Below are positions 17,840 through 26,573 of a stretch of 64,000 bases of DNA, in pieces (within the stretch, counting starts at the first letter, position 1; each line of letters starts with the position of its first letter). The position numbers and the translations under genes are program-made. Source of the stretch: an uncultured virus (IMG/VR IMGVR_UViG_2846613599_000004) (lineage: Duplodnaviria > Heunggongvirae > Uroviricota > Caudoviricetes); the IMG/VR virus record IMGVR_UViG_2846613599_000004; one strand, given 5' to 3'. Below the pieces are notes generated by a model, which made no database searches, was not told the origin of the DNA, and was given only the letters and a program-made list of their open reading frames with translations.

Positions 17840-19149
17840 TATTTAATCCTCGTAATTAAAATCTTTGATGTGTTTTTTACGTTAATCTGGTCGCCGGTCG
17901 GCATAACACGGGACAAGTCGAATTTGATATAATCCGCTGCTCTGTCGTTCGTTCCGATAACGACGTCTTTATATAATGAGCCACCTTTTGCCGACAGAGA
18001 AAACACGCCATCGCCGGACACAAAAGCACCGGTTATATCAGCATTAGCAGAGCGCCCGTTGATATATCCGACCGCATCTTTCATCTGATAATCCTGAAAG
18101 GTTCCCACGGTTCTGTTTTTATCAATGCCTTTGCCGTTATCCGCTATACGGATGTACATCCCTCTGTCATCGGGAAGTTTTAAATCCGGAAAAACTTTTG
18201 CCAGTTCAGGGTATTCCGAAGCCGAAAAAGAGCGCCCTTCATTAGGCCAGAAATTATCAGGTATCGCGGCTGATGAGTTCCAGATCACAGACGCGCCGAC
18301 AGGAACAGTCATCAGGTCTATCCCGAGATTCTTAATCGCCTCTCCGGCCGTCTTACCGCCTGTTCCGCCGCAGGCGACAGGAACCATGACGCCATTCATA
18401 ACACCGTCTTTATTTACGCCCCACCCTGAACCGGTTTCACCTGCCACACCAAAGCGCCCGTCGTCATTCACATAAATAAATCGCTTGCCATTGCCGCTTC
18501 TTACCTGGCTTTCGGCAGAGTTAAGAATGACGAAGCGTTTTGTTAACTCCCCTAAACCAAGGTTTTCGATAAACTTCGGTTTATTCGGAATGTCTGCGCC
18601 GTTCTGGTCTTTAGCGAGTTTGCTGTTTACTTCTGTTTTTGTGGCATAGTCGCCGGTTGGCTGCTTACCCGCCAGTCCGCTATTGAGCTCAGTCTTAGTT
18701 GCGTAATCACCTTTCGGCTGTTTGCTGGCTATCTGAGCCAACAGGTCGTCAGTGTTAACAAGTTTCCATGATGCGCTGATATCGGACGCTGTATTAAAAT
18801 CGACTTTGTTGTTATCAATCAGGCTCAGGTAATCTTTTTTCTCATCGTCTGATTGCAGGATTGCACCTTTCGGATATCCACCGATTGCTTCCGCGTACTC
18901 CGCTGAAAACTTAAACCGCCCCCCCTGAGACAGATATACAATATTCTCAGAAATCTGGTTAAAGATGCCGTTAAAATCCTGGCCTTTTGGCGGCAAACCT
19001 CCGGCAGCAACAGGAAGCATAGTTATCTGACCGAAGCCCTGATCCCATGTTGCCTGGTTGCTTTCCATACTGGTTTCGTAATTTTCAGGGATGACGTTTT
19101 TCTGCCCGTTCTTTGCGAAAGGCTTCACTATTAATTTTGGGTTTTTCAT
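17839..19149 (-). CDS. Tail fibre protein
   Basis: PFAKNG, GGLPP.GQDFNG, GGYPKGA, KQPxGDYATK repeats, LAKDQNGADI and collar motif. Confidence 0.9.
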   Translation of the reverse strand: MKNPKLIVKPFAKNGQKNVIPENYETSMESNQATWDQGFGQITMLPVAAGGLPPKGQDFNGIFNQISENIVYLSQGGRFKFSAEYAEAIGGYPKGAILQSDDEKKDYLSLIDNNKVDFNTASDISASWKLVNTDDLLAQIASKQPKGDYATKTELNSGLAGKQPTGDYATKTEVNSKLAKDQNGADIPNKPKFIENLGLGELTKRFVILNSAESQVRSGNGKRFIYVNDDGRFGVAGETGSGWGVNKDGVMNGVMVPVACGGTGGKTAGEAIKNLGIDLMTVPVGASVIWNSSAAIPDNFWPNEGRSFSASEYPELAKVFPDLKLPDDRGMYIRIADNGKGIDKNRTVGTFQDYQMKDAVGYINGRSANADITGAFVSGDGVFSLSAKGGSLYKDVVIGTNDRAADYIKFDLSRVMPTGDQINVKNTSKILITRIK

Positions 19150-19156
19150 TTGGTAC

Positions 19157-19792
19157 CTATTTCATGAAAGGAGCCTGGCTGAAAGGCTGGAATCCGGTTT
19201 TGTAGAACCCGAAATATTCATTGACCGGCAATTCATTGATGCTTATTTCAACGCCACTCGGACGAGGTAAAATGTTGTGGTTGTAGATGAGGTTTTTCTC
19301 TAATTCTGATAACCGGTATTCAAATACATATCTCGCTGTCATGTGTCCGGTGATGAGGTAATACGCCCGGCCACGGGTGAATGAAGCTTTCAAAAATGAA
19401 TTAATATTCGGGGCTGTGGCGCACAATATATTCGCGTATGCTTTCATCATGATGACCTCGCGATAGGTCTCATCATCCATCTGATATGATGCCTGGCCGT
19501 TGATATCACCAAAAAACGGAGCCTGGTTGAATGGCAGATATTTTTCAGTCCCGTCAAACCCGAAATAATCAGCGTTCGGATCAGGTATCGATATACCACG
19601 GCCAATGCCAACAATCCTTCCCCATATATCCAGACCGAAACCCTGAGCCGTCAGAACGTTAACAGCCAGATTATAGAACTCATCCGCACTGTTCCTCGGG
19701 TCTATGGCTTCGTTGGTTTTTTTAAGGATGGTGGTAATGACGGGGGAGTTGGCATACTGACTGAGCAATGTTTCTCTGATGTCAATCATCAC
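19157..19792 (-). CDS. Baseplate wedge (DUF2612-like)
   Basis: SQYANSP, GFGLDIWGRIVG, LPRPSGV. Confidence 0.85.
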   Translation of the reverse strand: MMIDIRETLLSQYANSPVITTILKKTNEAIDPRNSADEFYNLAVNVLTAQGFGLDIWGRIVGIGRGISIPDPNADYFGFDGTEKYLPFNQAPFFGDINGQASYQMDDETYREVIMMKAYANILCATAPNINSFLKASFTRGRAYYLITGHMTARYVFEYRLSELEKNLIYNHNILPRPSGVEISINELPVNEYFGFYKTGFQPFSQAPFMK

Positions 19793-20979
19793 TCTATCCT
19801 TATATCGTCCGGCGATAGCACAGGAAACTCATCAATACCGAAATCAACATAATTGCCAATCTGACCGTCTTTCCTGCTCACCTGAACCGACAACAGACGG
19901 TTTGCCGCAGACTGAGCCACAGTGCAGATATAATCGCTGGCGATAAGCCGACGCGCTATCTGTCCTTTACCGCGCCCTGATTTGAACTCTTCCAGAATGG
20001 CTGATTTAACCGCCTCCTTCTCCTGATAGGTCAGCAGCAGCTTATCCTCAAAGGTCACCACAAACTCTACCGGGATATGCTCAGGCCTGATGAACTTAAC
20101 CTTGTATGTCGGCGGCATGTACGGGAAGTTTTCTTTATCCTCATATGTCACTTCGGTGTTACCGACAAATGAGCACCCGGAACCGGCTTTAGTCAGGATC
20201 ATCTTTGCTATTTCATCGTCATCACCACCGACGACAGAGACCGCGATTGAATTTCGGATGAGCGGATAATTTGTTTTCCCCACCGTTACCGTTTCATCTG
20301 TCGGGTTATCAATAACGTAACAGTCAATAACATCTTTAATATTGGACACTGCGCCGTACGTAGCCTGATTGGTATTTTTGCCGTTAATCGCCACAGATTG
20401 CTGCCTGCGGAATTCAAACTCCTGGCGGGACTCTGCGTTGCGGCCGGGAATGGCTGCTTTTTCATTGGTCACCGAATCAACACCGGTAATGTTGCGGATG
20501 ATCCGGTTGATTGTCCCTGCGGGAGCGTCATTGCTTCCGGCATCGGCACAACTGGCATTAACCGTCACGGTGCCGGTACTTTTTATAGTGTCCTCAGCAT
20601 TCGTGAACCATGTCCGGCCCTGCTCATCCTGCACTTCAAAACCGGCGGGAACCGTCATTCCGGACAGGCCGGTAAAGGTTAATTCAGCGACTGAGCGCGT
20701 CGCCTGCTTTCTCTGTAAAAAGTAGATATAACCGATAGCGTCCTGCATGGTTCCGGATGCATAGCGCGGGTCGAAGCTGTTCAGTAACCCGATCATGAAG
20801 TTTCGTTCATCGGTAATGATGGCGGTCAGTGTGGTAACCAACTGCCCCTGTGGTGTATCTGCATCAGTGTTGATATTATCGCCAAAGCACCCGCGCATAA
20901 GCTGCCACAGACCAGCGGTGACTTCCTGTGTGGTGGGTGCCAGTATCCCTTTCGGGGTTATCTCAACCGGTGGGATCAT
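19789..20979 (-). CDS. Baseplate J-like protein
   Basis: TPQGQL, GRNAES, SIAVSVVGG. Confidence 0.9.
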   Translation of the reverse strand: MIPPVEITPKGILAPTTQEVTAGLWQLMRGCFGDNINTDADTPQGQLVTTLTAIITDERNFMIGLLNSFDPRYASGTMQDAIGYIYFLQRKQATRSVAELTFTGLSGMTVPAGFEVQDEQGRTWFTNAEDTIKSTGTVTVNASCADAGSNDAPAGTINRIIRNITGVDSVTNEKAAIPGRNAESRQEFEFRRQQSVAINGKNTNQATYGAVSNIKDVIDCYVIDNPTDETVTVGKTNYPLIRNSIAVSVVGGDDDEIAKMILTKAGSGCSFVGNTEVTYEDKENFPYMPPTYKVKFIRPEHIPVEFVVTFEDKLLLTYQEKEAVKSAILEEFKSGRGKGQIARRLIASDYICTVAQSAANRLLSVQVSRKDGQIGNYVDFGIDEFPVLSPDDIRIE

Positions 20980-21329
20980 AATTCTAATACCCCCTCTCTC
21001 CCGTTGGTGTCAGTGAATAAAATGCGGCCGCGCACAACCCTGTCATTTGCCGTGCTGAGTTCGACCTTTGCGGTAACCACTCCCGGCACCGAAAGAGCTG
21101 CATCCTGAAGATACTGCCGGTACAGAGACAATGAGAATCGGTTGCGCCCCAATATTTCCTCAAGGTACGGAATGCCGTCCTCCTGCGCGTAGTACAGGTC
21201 TTTCATGAACACCCGGCACTTGTTCGCGACGGATTGTGCTATCGCGTACTGATCGGAAGCCACAGCAATATTCCCCGACACGTCGAGAGTTAAATCCCAT
21301 GTGCCAGGGTGAACAAAAAGTGTTTTCAT
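20976..21329 (-). CDS. Baseplate wedge / sheath initiator
   Basis: WDL.LD.SGNIA...GIPY; synteny. Confidence 0.75.
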   Translation of the reverse strand: MKTLFVHPGTWDLTLDVSGNIAVASDQYAIAQSVANKCRVFMKDLYYAQEDGIPYLEEILGRNRFSLSLYRQYLQDAALSVPGVVTAKVELSTANDRVVRGRILFTDTNGREGVLEL

Positions 21330-21330
21330 A

Positions 21331-22026
21331 TTAAGCCTGCTGATTCGGTTTATTGGTGTTTGAACCCTGACCGTTCTCGTGATGGGTATGCCCGTTGTAA
21401 ATAACGCGCATAGAGGCCATTGTCTGGCTGTTTCCTGATGCAGTGTTGTCGGTGATATCCAGAGCAGCCTGCACTGCTGCTGTGGTTCTCACAGGTGCAT
21501 CCAGCACTACCTCTGTGCCTTTCATCGTGATAATTCCGGTCGATACAATGTCAATTCCGCTTTCCAGGAAGTGAATGTATTGCGCCGGCGCTCCGTTCAG
21601 AATGCCGCCGATATACAGACTGTCCGACCAGTCGAATTTTCTGTGACTGTCCGGAGCGGCTGGCTTTTTGGTACGCTTCACTCTGGAAATATCGCGGGTA
21701 CATACCAGGCAAACTCCGATATCTCCCGGCTTCGGATCAATAATCACCGCGTTTGCTCCTCCCTGATACCGGAAGTAAGGCACGTTGTAGATAACCGCGT
21801 TGTCGTAAATGTTTCCGCCGGCATCCATCTGCAACACCATCGGCAGGATATCAACCATTCCGACCTCGCCGGTCCCCCCGCCTTTCACCTTTACGATTTT
21901 ACAGATGGTTACTGTGCCCATTTTCCCGATCAGGTTGTTGATTATCATCTCCTGAGACCGGACACCGCCCGCCAAATCCTGCGGCCAGAACGGGAGCTTG
22001 AGATTATCGTTTAATTGCTTTTTCAT
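21331..22026 (-). CDS. Baseplate spike (Gp138-like)
   Basis: NVPY...DPKPGDIG; C-terminal HTH metal tip. Confidence 0.85.
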   Translation of the reverse strand: MKKQLNDNLKLPFWPQDLAGGVRSQEMIINNLIGKMGTVTICKIVKVKGGGTGEVGMVDILPMVLQMDAGGNIYDNAVIYNVPYFRYQGGANAVIIDPKPGDIGVCLVCTRDISRVKRTKKPAAPDSHRKFDWSDSLYIGGILNGAPAQYIHFLESGIDIVSTGIITMKGTEVVLDAPVRTTAAVQAALDITDNTASGNSQTMASMRVIYNGHTHHENGQGSNTNKPNQQA

Positions 22027-22891
22027 CCTGCCACCTTGGGTATGCTGCTACATCCATAAACCACCGACCACCTTCTGTTTCTGTCTCCAGTGTTACGCGG
22101 ACACCGTAGGTTATCCAGTCGCCATTACACCGTTCGACAATGCTGTCTTTGATGCGGACGATGCCGCCGAACCGGACAATCGGGTCGTAAAAACATTTGA
22201 ACTGAACGCCAACTGAGGTCGGTACCGGATATCCAATCATCCCGGAATCAGGTGAAATGACCGGTATCTTCAGTTTTCGCGGCTCCCCCTTTCTGGTAAC
22301 GGCAATATTCCCCGACTCAACATACAGATCGAGATTTGCAGCCTCTGCCAGCCATTTTATTTTGCTGATGTCGGTATTGCAGAGATAGACGTTCTCAAGC
22401 GGCTGCTTAACCCCGTTATCTTCCAGTGTGTATCCAATGCGCTTACAGACGTTCCCTATGATGTTTATGACATCGTGAGTGCCCTCATAGCTTTCAGCAT
22501 CGCTCGGAGTCATGGCCTCAAGGACAGCCGTCTGAGCCTCGATAATCAGGGAAACATTGGGCGCTTCGGCATAATCAGGGTAGGCTTCAACTATCCCGCC
22601 CTTGAATACCATCATCAGGTCTTCACCCTGATCACCGGCCTCAACCATGATGTCGTCGCGTAACTTTTTTGCGTCACGGTATTTTTGCCTTATCAGCTTA
22701 TTCATCGTCTCAGCAGGAAGGCCATAAATCCGCAGCCGGGCAGATGGTGCAGGCATCCCGTTACCGAAGTTAACTTCCGCACTGATACGCAGCCCTACGG
22801 CCTCCAGTTTGTTCTGGCTGTCTGATGTGAATGACTCATCTTTTCCGTTCAGGGTGAGAGTCAGCCTGATTACTTTCCGGTTAAATGCCAT
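22004..22891 (-). CDS. Baseplate hub
   Basis: EAGD...VFKGGI, GMIGYP; synteny. Confidence 0.8.
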   Translation of the reverse strand: MAFNRKVIRLTLTLNGKDESFTSDSQNKLEAVGLRISAEVNFGNGMPAPSARLRIYGLPAETMNKLIRQKYRDAKKLRDDIMVEAGDQGEDLMMVFKGGIVEAYPDYAEAPNVSLIIEAQTAVLEAMTPSDAESYEGTHDVINIIGNVCKRIGYTLEDNGVKQPLENVYLCNTDISKIKWLAEAANLDLYVESGNIAVTRKGEPRKLKIPVISPDSGMIGYPVPTSVGVQFKCFYDPIVRFGGIVRIKDSIVERCNGDWITYGVRVTLETETEGGRWFMDVAAYPRWQDEKAIKR

Positions 22892-23153
22892 CTATCCATA
22901 CCATCCTGTATCGTGAGCCAAGGCCGGTATAAACCGGGTCTGTGTTACCCACCGTGTCCGCAAATATCAGCCACTGGCAGATGTAAGTCATATTCCGGCA
23001 GATGCGGTTGCATACCAGATATTCCCCGTCTTTCACCACGGTAGCGAAAATGTTATCGAGCCGGGATTCGAGTGTGATGTCGTAGGTGCTGCCGCCGATA
23101 ATGAATGAGAGTGATTGGTTCGGTGTAGGTGAAAGGGGGATTTCTGTTATCAC
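22881..23153 (-). CDS. Small baseplate protein
   Basis: IPLSPTPNQ...GLGSRY. Confidence 0.7.
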   Translation of the reverse strand: MITEIPLSPTPNQSLSFIIGGSTYDITLESRLDNIFATVVKDGEYLVCNRICRNMTYICQWLIFADTVGNTDPVYTGLGSRYRMVWIDGI

Positions 23154-23154
23154 A

Positions 23155-23904
23155 TCAGCCTCCGGTTATCTGGTTAACCATAAATTTTGTCTCTTCTCCG
23201 ATGTTGTTCAGGTTTCCCCATGCACTTTCCAGCCCCTTATAAATAACCTGAGCGCTATCAGATATCTTCTTCAGGGCCGACTTGTCTGGGTCATTGTAAA
23301 TATCAGCCAACTCCTGAAGCGTCCCCTCCATCGAGCCAGATTCAACCGCCTGAGTTTTATCACCCGCATCCTTTTTCTTGGCATCATCAGGATTTTTTAC
23401 TTTTTCCTCGTCATACTTAACAGTGACTTCGCGGATTTCTTCCAGATGTACGTTCACCTTAATCAGTGTTGCCCCGTCTCTGGCTTCGCGCACCAGGTCA
23501 TAGCCGGTGATGTTCGCCCACTTATAGACATACTCCGGCGTAATGACGATAAACTTCAGGGTGCTTTTTGCGAGGATTTCAAGTTGCGCCAGGAATGCAC
23601 CACGCTCCAGCGCGCCGCCGCTACCCTTGCTCAGTTGCACAGTGGCCTTGAACGGGTCAGCGACTTTGTTGTAACTGGCGAATGTGCCTTTCTCAATCGG
23701 AGCACTAACGACCCGGCTTGTGTTCTGGTATTGCAATGACAGGACGTTATCGGCCAGCAGCAGCGGCACTCCGTACTGATTGAATATCCCCCAATAGTTA
23801 CCGAACAGTTTGTTGATGAGTGTCGCGCCGCCGAAGCTGATTCCGGCATCTAACGCAGCGTCTGGAATACCCTTCCAGTTGGGGATTTCCGGTAGTCCGA
23901 ACAT
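23155..23904 (-). CDS. Dit-like baseplate protein
   Basis: WGIF, PIEKGTFASYNKV motifs; synteny. Confidence 0.75.
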   Translation of the reverse strand: MFGLPEIPNWKGIPDAALDAGISFGGATLINKLFGNYWGIFNQYGVPLLLADNVLSLQYQNTSRVVSAPIEKGTFASYNKVADPFKATVQLSKGSGGALERGAFLAQLEILAKSTLKFIVITPEYVYKWANITGYDLVREARDGATLIKVNVHLEEIREVTVKYDEEKVKNPDDAKKKDAGDKTQAVESGSMEGTLQELADIYNDPDKSALKKISDSAQVIYKGLESAWGNLNNIGEETKFMVNQITGG

Positions 23905-24032
23905 GGTTTACTCCAACGACGAAACCCGCAGTTAAGCGGGGGATCAGTTTGTGAGGTTATTACGGGGAAAGTGTTGTTAAATCAATGGTGGTTCGGTGGA
24001 TCAGCAGGCAACAAAAAACCCGCCTGAGCGGG

Positions 24033-24578
24033 TTAATCTTCATTTGATTCATTAGGCTTTTCAGTATCAGATGCAACTGATGACCTATTGCCTTTTCTTC
24101 CAAGAGCAAACACGCCAGCCAAACCAATTACAGTGGTTGAAATTAAAGCAACTCCAGCTGTGTATTCTTTAAGCCATATAAGGGTGCCACCCAATGCAAA
24201 TACAGCCAGTGACAAAATAAAAGCCATCCACTGGCCTCTTCTATCACTTGATATCGCACCTTTAAGAGCTGTGGTTTCTGATGCGTGACGATGAGCCTGC
24301 TCTTTCTCTGTAAGTTGAAAAATACGCTCAGCTGCACCCGGAAGAGTGTCATTGTATTGCTTAAGCTGCCTAGGGTGTGGCAACGGACCGCGGAAAAACT
24401 CTCTTTTTTCAATAACAGAAACTGTCTTTGGATTGTCAAGTATGCGCTTCAGAACCTGTGGGTTATCGACAACAACCCTTTCAATCTCCTGAATGGCTAC
24501 TTCCGTATCACTTCCATCGTCACAGGCAACCACATCGTGTTGAGGAGGTTGATTACTTTGCCCTGGCAAGGAATCCAC
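24033..24578 (-). CDS. DUF2335-like membrane protein (moron)
   Basis: FRGPLPHP..L..Y...LPGAAERIF...EKEQ.HR followed by two TM helices. Confidence 0.85.
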   Translation of the reverse strand: MDSLPGQSNQPPQHDVVACDDGSDTEVAIQEIERVVVDNPQVLKRILDNPKTVSVIEKREFFRGPLPHPRQLKQYNDTLPGAAERIFQLTEKEQAHRHASETTALKGAISSDRRGQWMAFILSLAVFALGGTLIWLKEYTAGVALISTTVIGLAGVFALGRKGNRSSVASDTEKPNESNED

Positions 24579-24750
24579 GAGATACCTCTTTTTTGATAAC
24601 GCGCCGCATATCTTTACCTACCGCAGCCACATCACCCGATATCTTACTTACATCGGAGCCTTGTTTAATGACTGAGCGATAGTCAGTTGACGGGCGAATA
24701 TTCATGACGCTCCCAAAAGATCTGAGATATCTGCGCATTACTAATGTCAT
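24553..24750 (-). CDS. Small basic protein coupled to the DUF2335-like gene
   Basis: GGAGG RBS; overlaps downstream gene. Confidence 0.65.
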   Translation of the reverse strand: MTLVMRRYLRSFGSVMNIRPSTDYRSVIKQGSDVSKISGDVAAVGKDMRRVIKKEVSRGFLARAK

Positions 24751-24831
24751 ATGACACCTCCGCCTGATTTGTGTGTTAAATTGCAGGCTGCAACCTGTAA
24801 TTTAACCAGTGGTTAAAGAACTATATGGACA

Positions 24832-24860
24832 ATCATAGGGTCAAAGTGACTCATTGACAA
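24832..24860 (-). promoter_or_regulatory. Sigma70-like promoter of DUF2335 moron
   Basis: TTGTCA-17-TATGAT; terminator hairpin at about 24012-24034. Confidence 0.6.
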
Positions 24861-25076
24861 CCTCGGTTGTGTAATCTTTTATTGTTTTTTACTGTTTTTT
24901 ATTGTCAATGTGAGCCGTTTCAGACTGTTCCTGTTCGTTCCGACCTGTTCCATTTTACCCTGCCGGAAGCACCATACAACTCAGCACCGGATAAGCCCCT
25001 TCCGGGGCTTAGTCGTTTATGGGTTATAGGATTGCAACAATGGTATCGAGGCAACAAATAACCAGCAATCTTGGGT

Positions 25077-25541
25077 TTATTTCTTGATGTACAGATTGAT
25101 GAGCAACATAATTATCGGACTGGCAATAGAAAACAGTAAGATGGTCAAAAACCAAATTTTAATTCCACCAATCTTCGTATCAATCTTGGAGGCCTCAAGC
25201 TTGACCTGATCTTCAGATGCTTTTTTGGAAACTTTTTCATTTAAATCAGTTAGCTTACTTTCAACAAGTGAAAATTTTCCGTGGATTACTTCAGACGTTG
25301 GTAATTTTGATACTGTGTCTTTTATATCTGAAATTGAACCAGCCAAGGTATCAACTTTTTGAATCAGCAATGCCATGCTGGTTTTGATATCACCAACATC
25401 GGCCTCTAGCTTCGATACGCGAGATTCCATGTTTCCACCTCCATCACCCCCTCCTCCAGACCTAATCTCATCGTCACTTTGAATGGTAAAAGACTGAAAT
25501 TTATCCTGGAGAGGAACTACTTTATTATTAATGCTACTCAT
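25077..25541 (-). CDS. Coiled-coil protein with C-terminal TM helix (moron)
   Basis: Gly linker, MESRVSKLE heptads, hydrophobic C-terminus; AT-rich. Confidence 0.75.
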   Translation of the reverse strand: MSSINNKVVPLQDKFQSFTIQSDDEIRSGGGGDGGGNMESRVSKLEADVGDIKTSMALLIQKVDTLAGSISDIKDTVSKLPTSEVIHGKFSLVESKLTDLNEKVSKKASEDQVKLEASKIDTKIGGIKIWFLTILLFSIASPIIMLLINLYIKK

Positions 25542-25906
25542 ATTTTTTTATTTCTAGCCTCCACCCAATCAAGAACCCTAGAGGCATTGAAATAAATCTC
25601 ATGAGCACATCTACTACAAATAACCTTATAACTTAAATAATCAATACCGCTAAAAGTTACACCAATTTTCTTTTCTCTGAATAAATATGGCGTCATTGAT
25701 GGAACCATGTACGACCTTGGAGTGGCATCAGTCGTATTTGTTTCAAAAGGAACCATAAGAAACTTACTTGAACAAACAGGGCACTTTGGTTCGACCCCGT
25801 CATTTTTCAAATAATCACGTAAATCTTCTGAATTCACATTTTTCAGGCGGTCTATCAGCTCATCACTGATACCTTCTTCCTGTAAATCTCTCATACGCCC
25901 ACCCAA
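25538..25906 (-). CDS. Zn-ribbon protein (moron)
   Basis: CPVC...CSRC; 4-nt overlap with next gene. Confidence 0.7.
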   Translation of the reverse strand: MGGRMRDLQEEGISDELIDRLKNVNSEDLRDYLKNDGVEPKCPVCSSKFLMVPFETNTTDATPRSYMVPSMTPYLFREKKIGVTFSGIDYLSYKVICSRCAHEIYFNASRVLDWVEARNKKI

Positions 25907-25976
25907 CAGTTAAATTTTCCTACCTTATTTAACCACTTGATGGCGTGATGCTGTTACTGATCTTTTGATCAGGTAT

Positions 25977-26004
25977 ATTATAGCACGGTGCAGGATGCAG
26001 GCAA
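25977..26004 (-). promoter_or_regulatory. Sigma70-like promoter of Zn-ribbon/TM moron
   Basis: TTGCCT-16-TATAAT with TG extension. Confidence 0.6.
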
Positions 26005-26030
26005 TGTGATGGCGGAAAGCCCTATGGTGT

Positions 26031-26510
26031 TTAATCCTCTGGCAATACATCTGCCGAGGCTGGATTCTCTAGATTTCTGAGTAAATGGCAATCATCAACA
26101 ATGATAGATGCATTCAGCTTACCGTCATTAGTTTTGATTACCGCACCAACACCATTATCAATCGACGACCCGACCATGAAATAACCATCGCTGCCCTCTC
26201 CCCCCATGTAAACCACTGCCGATTTTTCAGCTTTGGTCTTTTTTATTTGCGGTGATGAGATAGACACATCCCCAGGCAGTCCAACAATGAAAAATATGCT
26301 GTCGTCTTCAAGTTTTTCCGTATACAGAGTAACCTTGCCAACATTTTTATTTTTGTCTTTTGCGTCATCAATACTGCGGTAATTGCAGGTGTAATTGGCA
26401 TCCACTACTTCAAGGTTTCCAGATGAATCGCGCTTAACAGACAGATCATCAAAGGCCGCTACAGACACAGCCGGAATAGCCAAAAGCCCGATGACAAAAT
26501 TTTTCAGCAT
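26031..26510 (-). CDS. Exported hypothetical protein (moron)
   Basis: Signal peptide; two Cys; immediately downstream of tape measure. Confidence 0.7.
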   Translation of the reverse strand: MLKNFVIGLLAIPAVSVAAFDDLSVKRDSSGNLEVVDANYTCNYRSIDDAKDKNKNVGKVTLYTEKLEDDSIFFIVGLPGDVSISSPQIKKTKAEKSAVVYMGGEGSDGYFMVGSSIDNGVGAVIKTNDGKLNASIIVDDCHLLRNLENPASADVLPED

Positions 26511-26573
26511 AATTAGTTTTCCTTAATTAACCTGAGCCCATTCTGCCACCGGGGTGGTGCAAATTAAAGCAAA

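Noticed and set aside
17225..19149. Invertible fibre cassette or diversity-generating retroelement
   Set aside because: No invertase, reverse transcriptase, second fibre tip or template repeat seen
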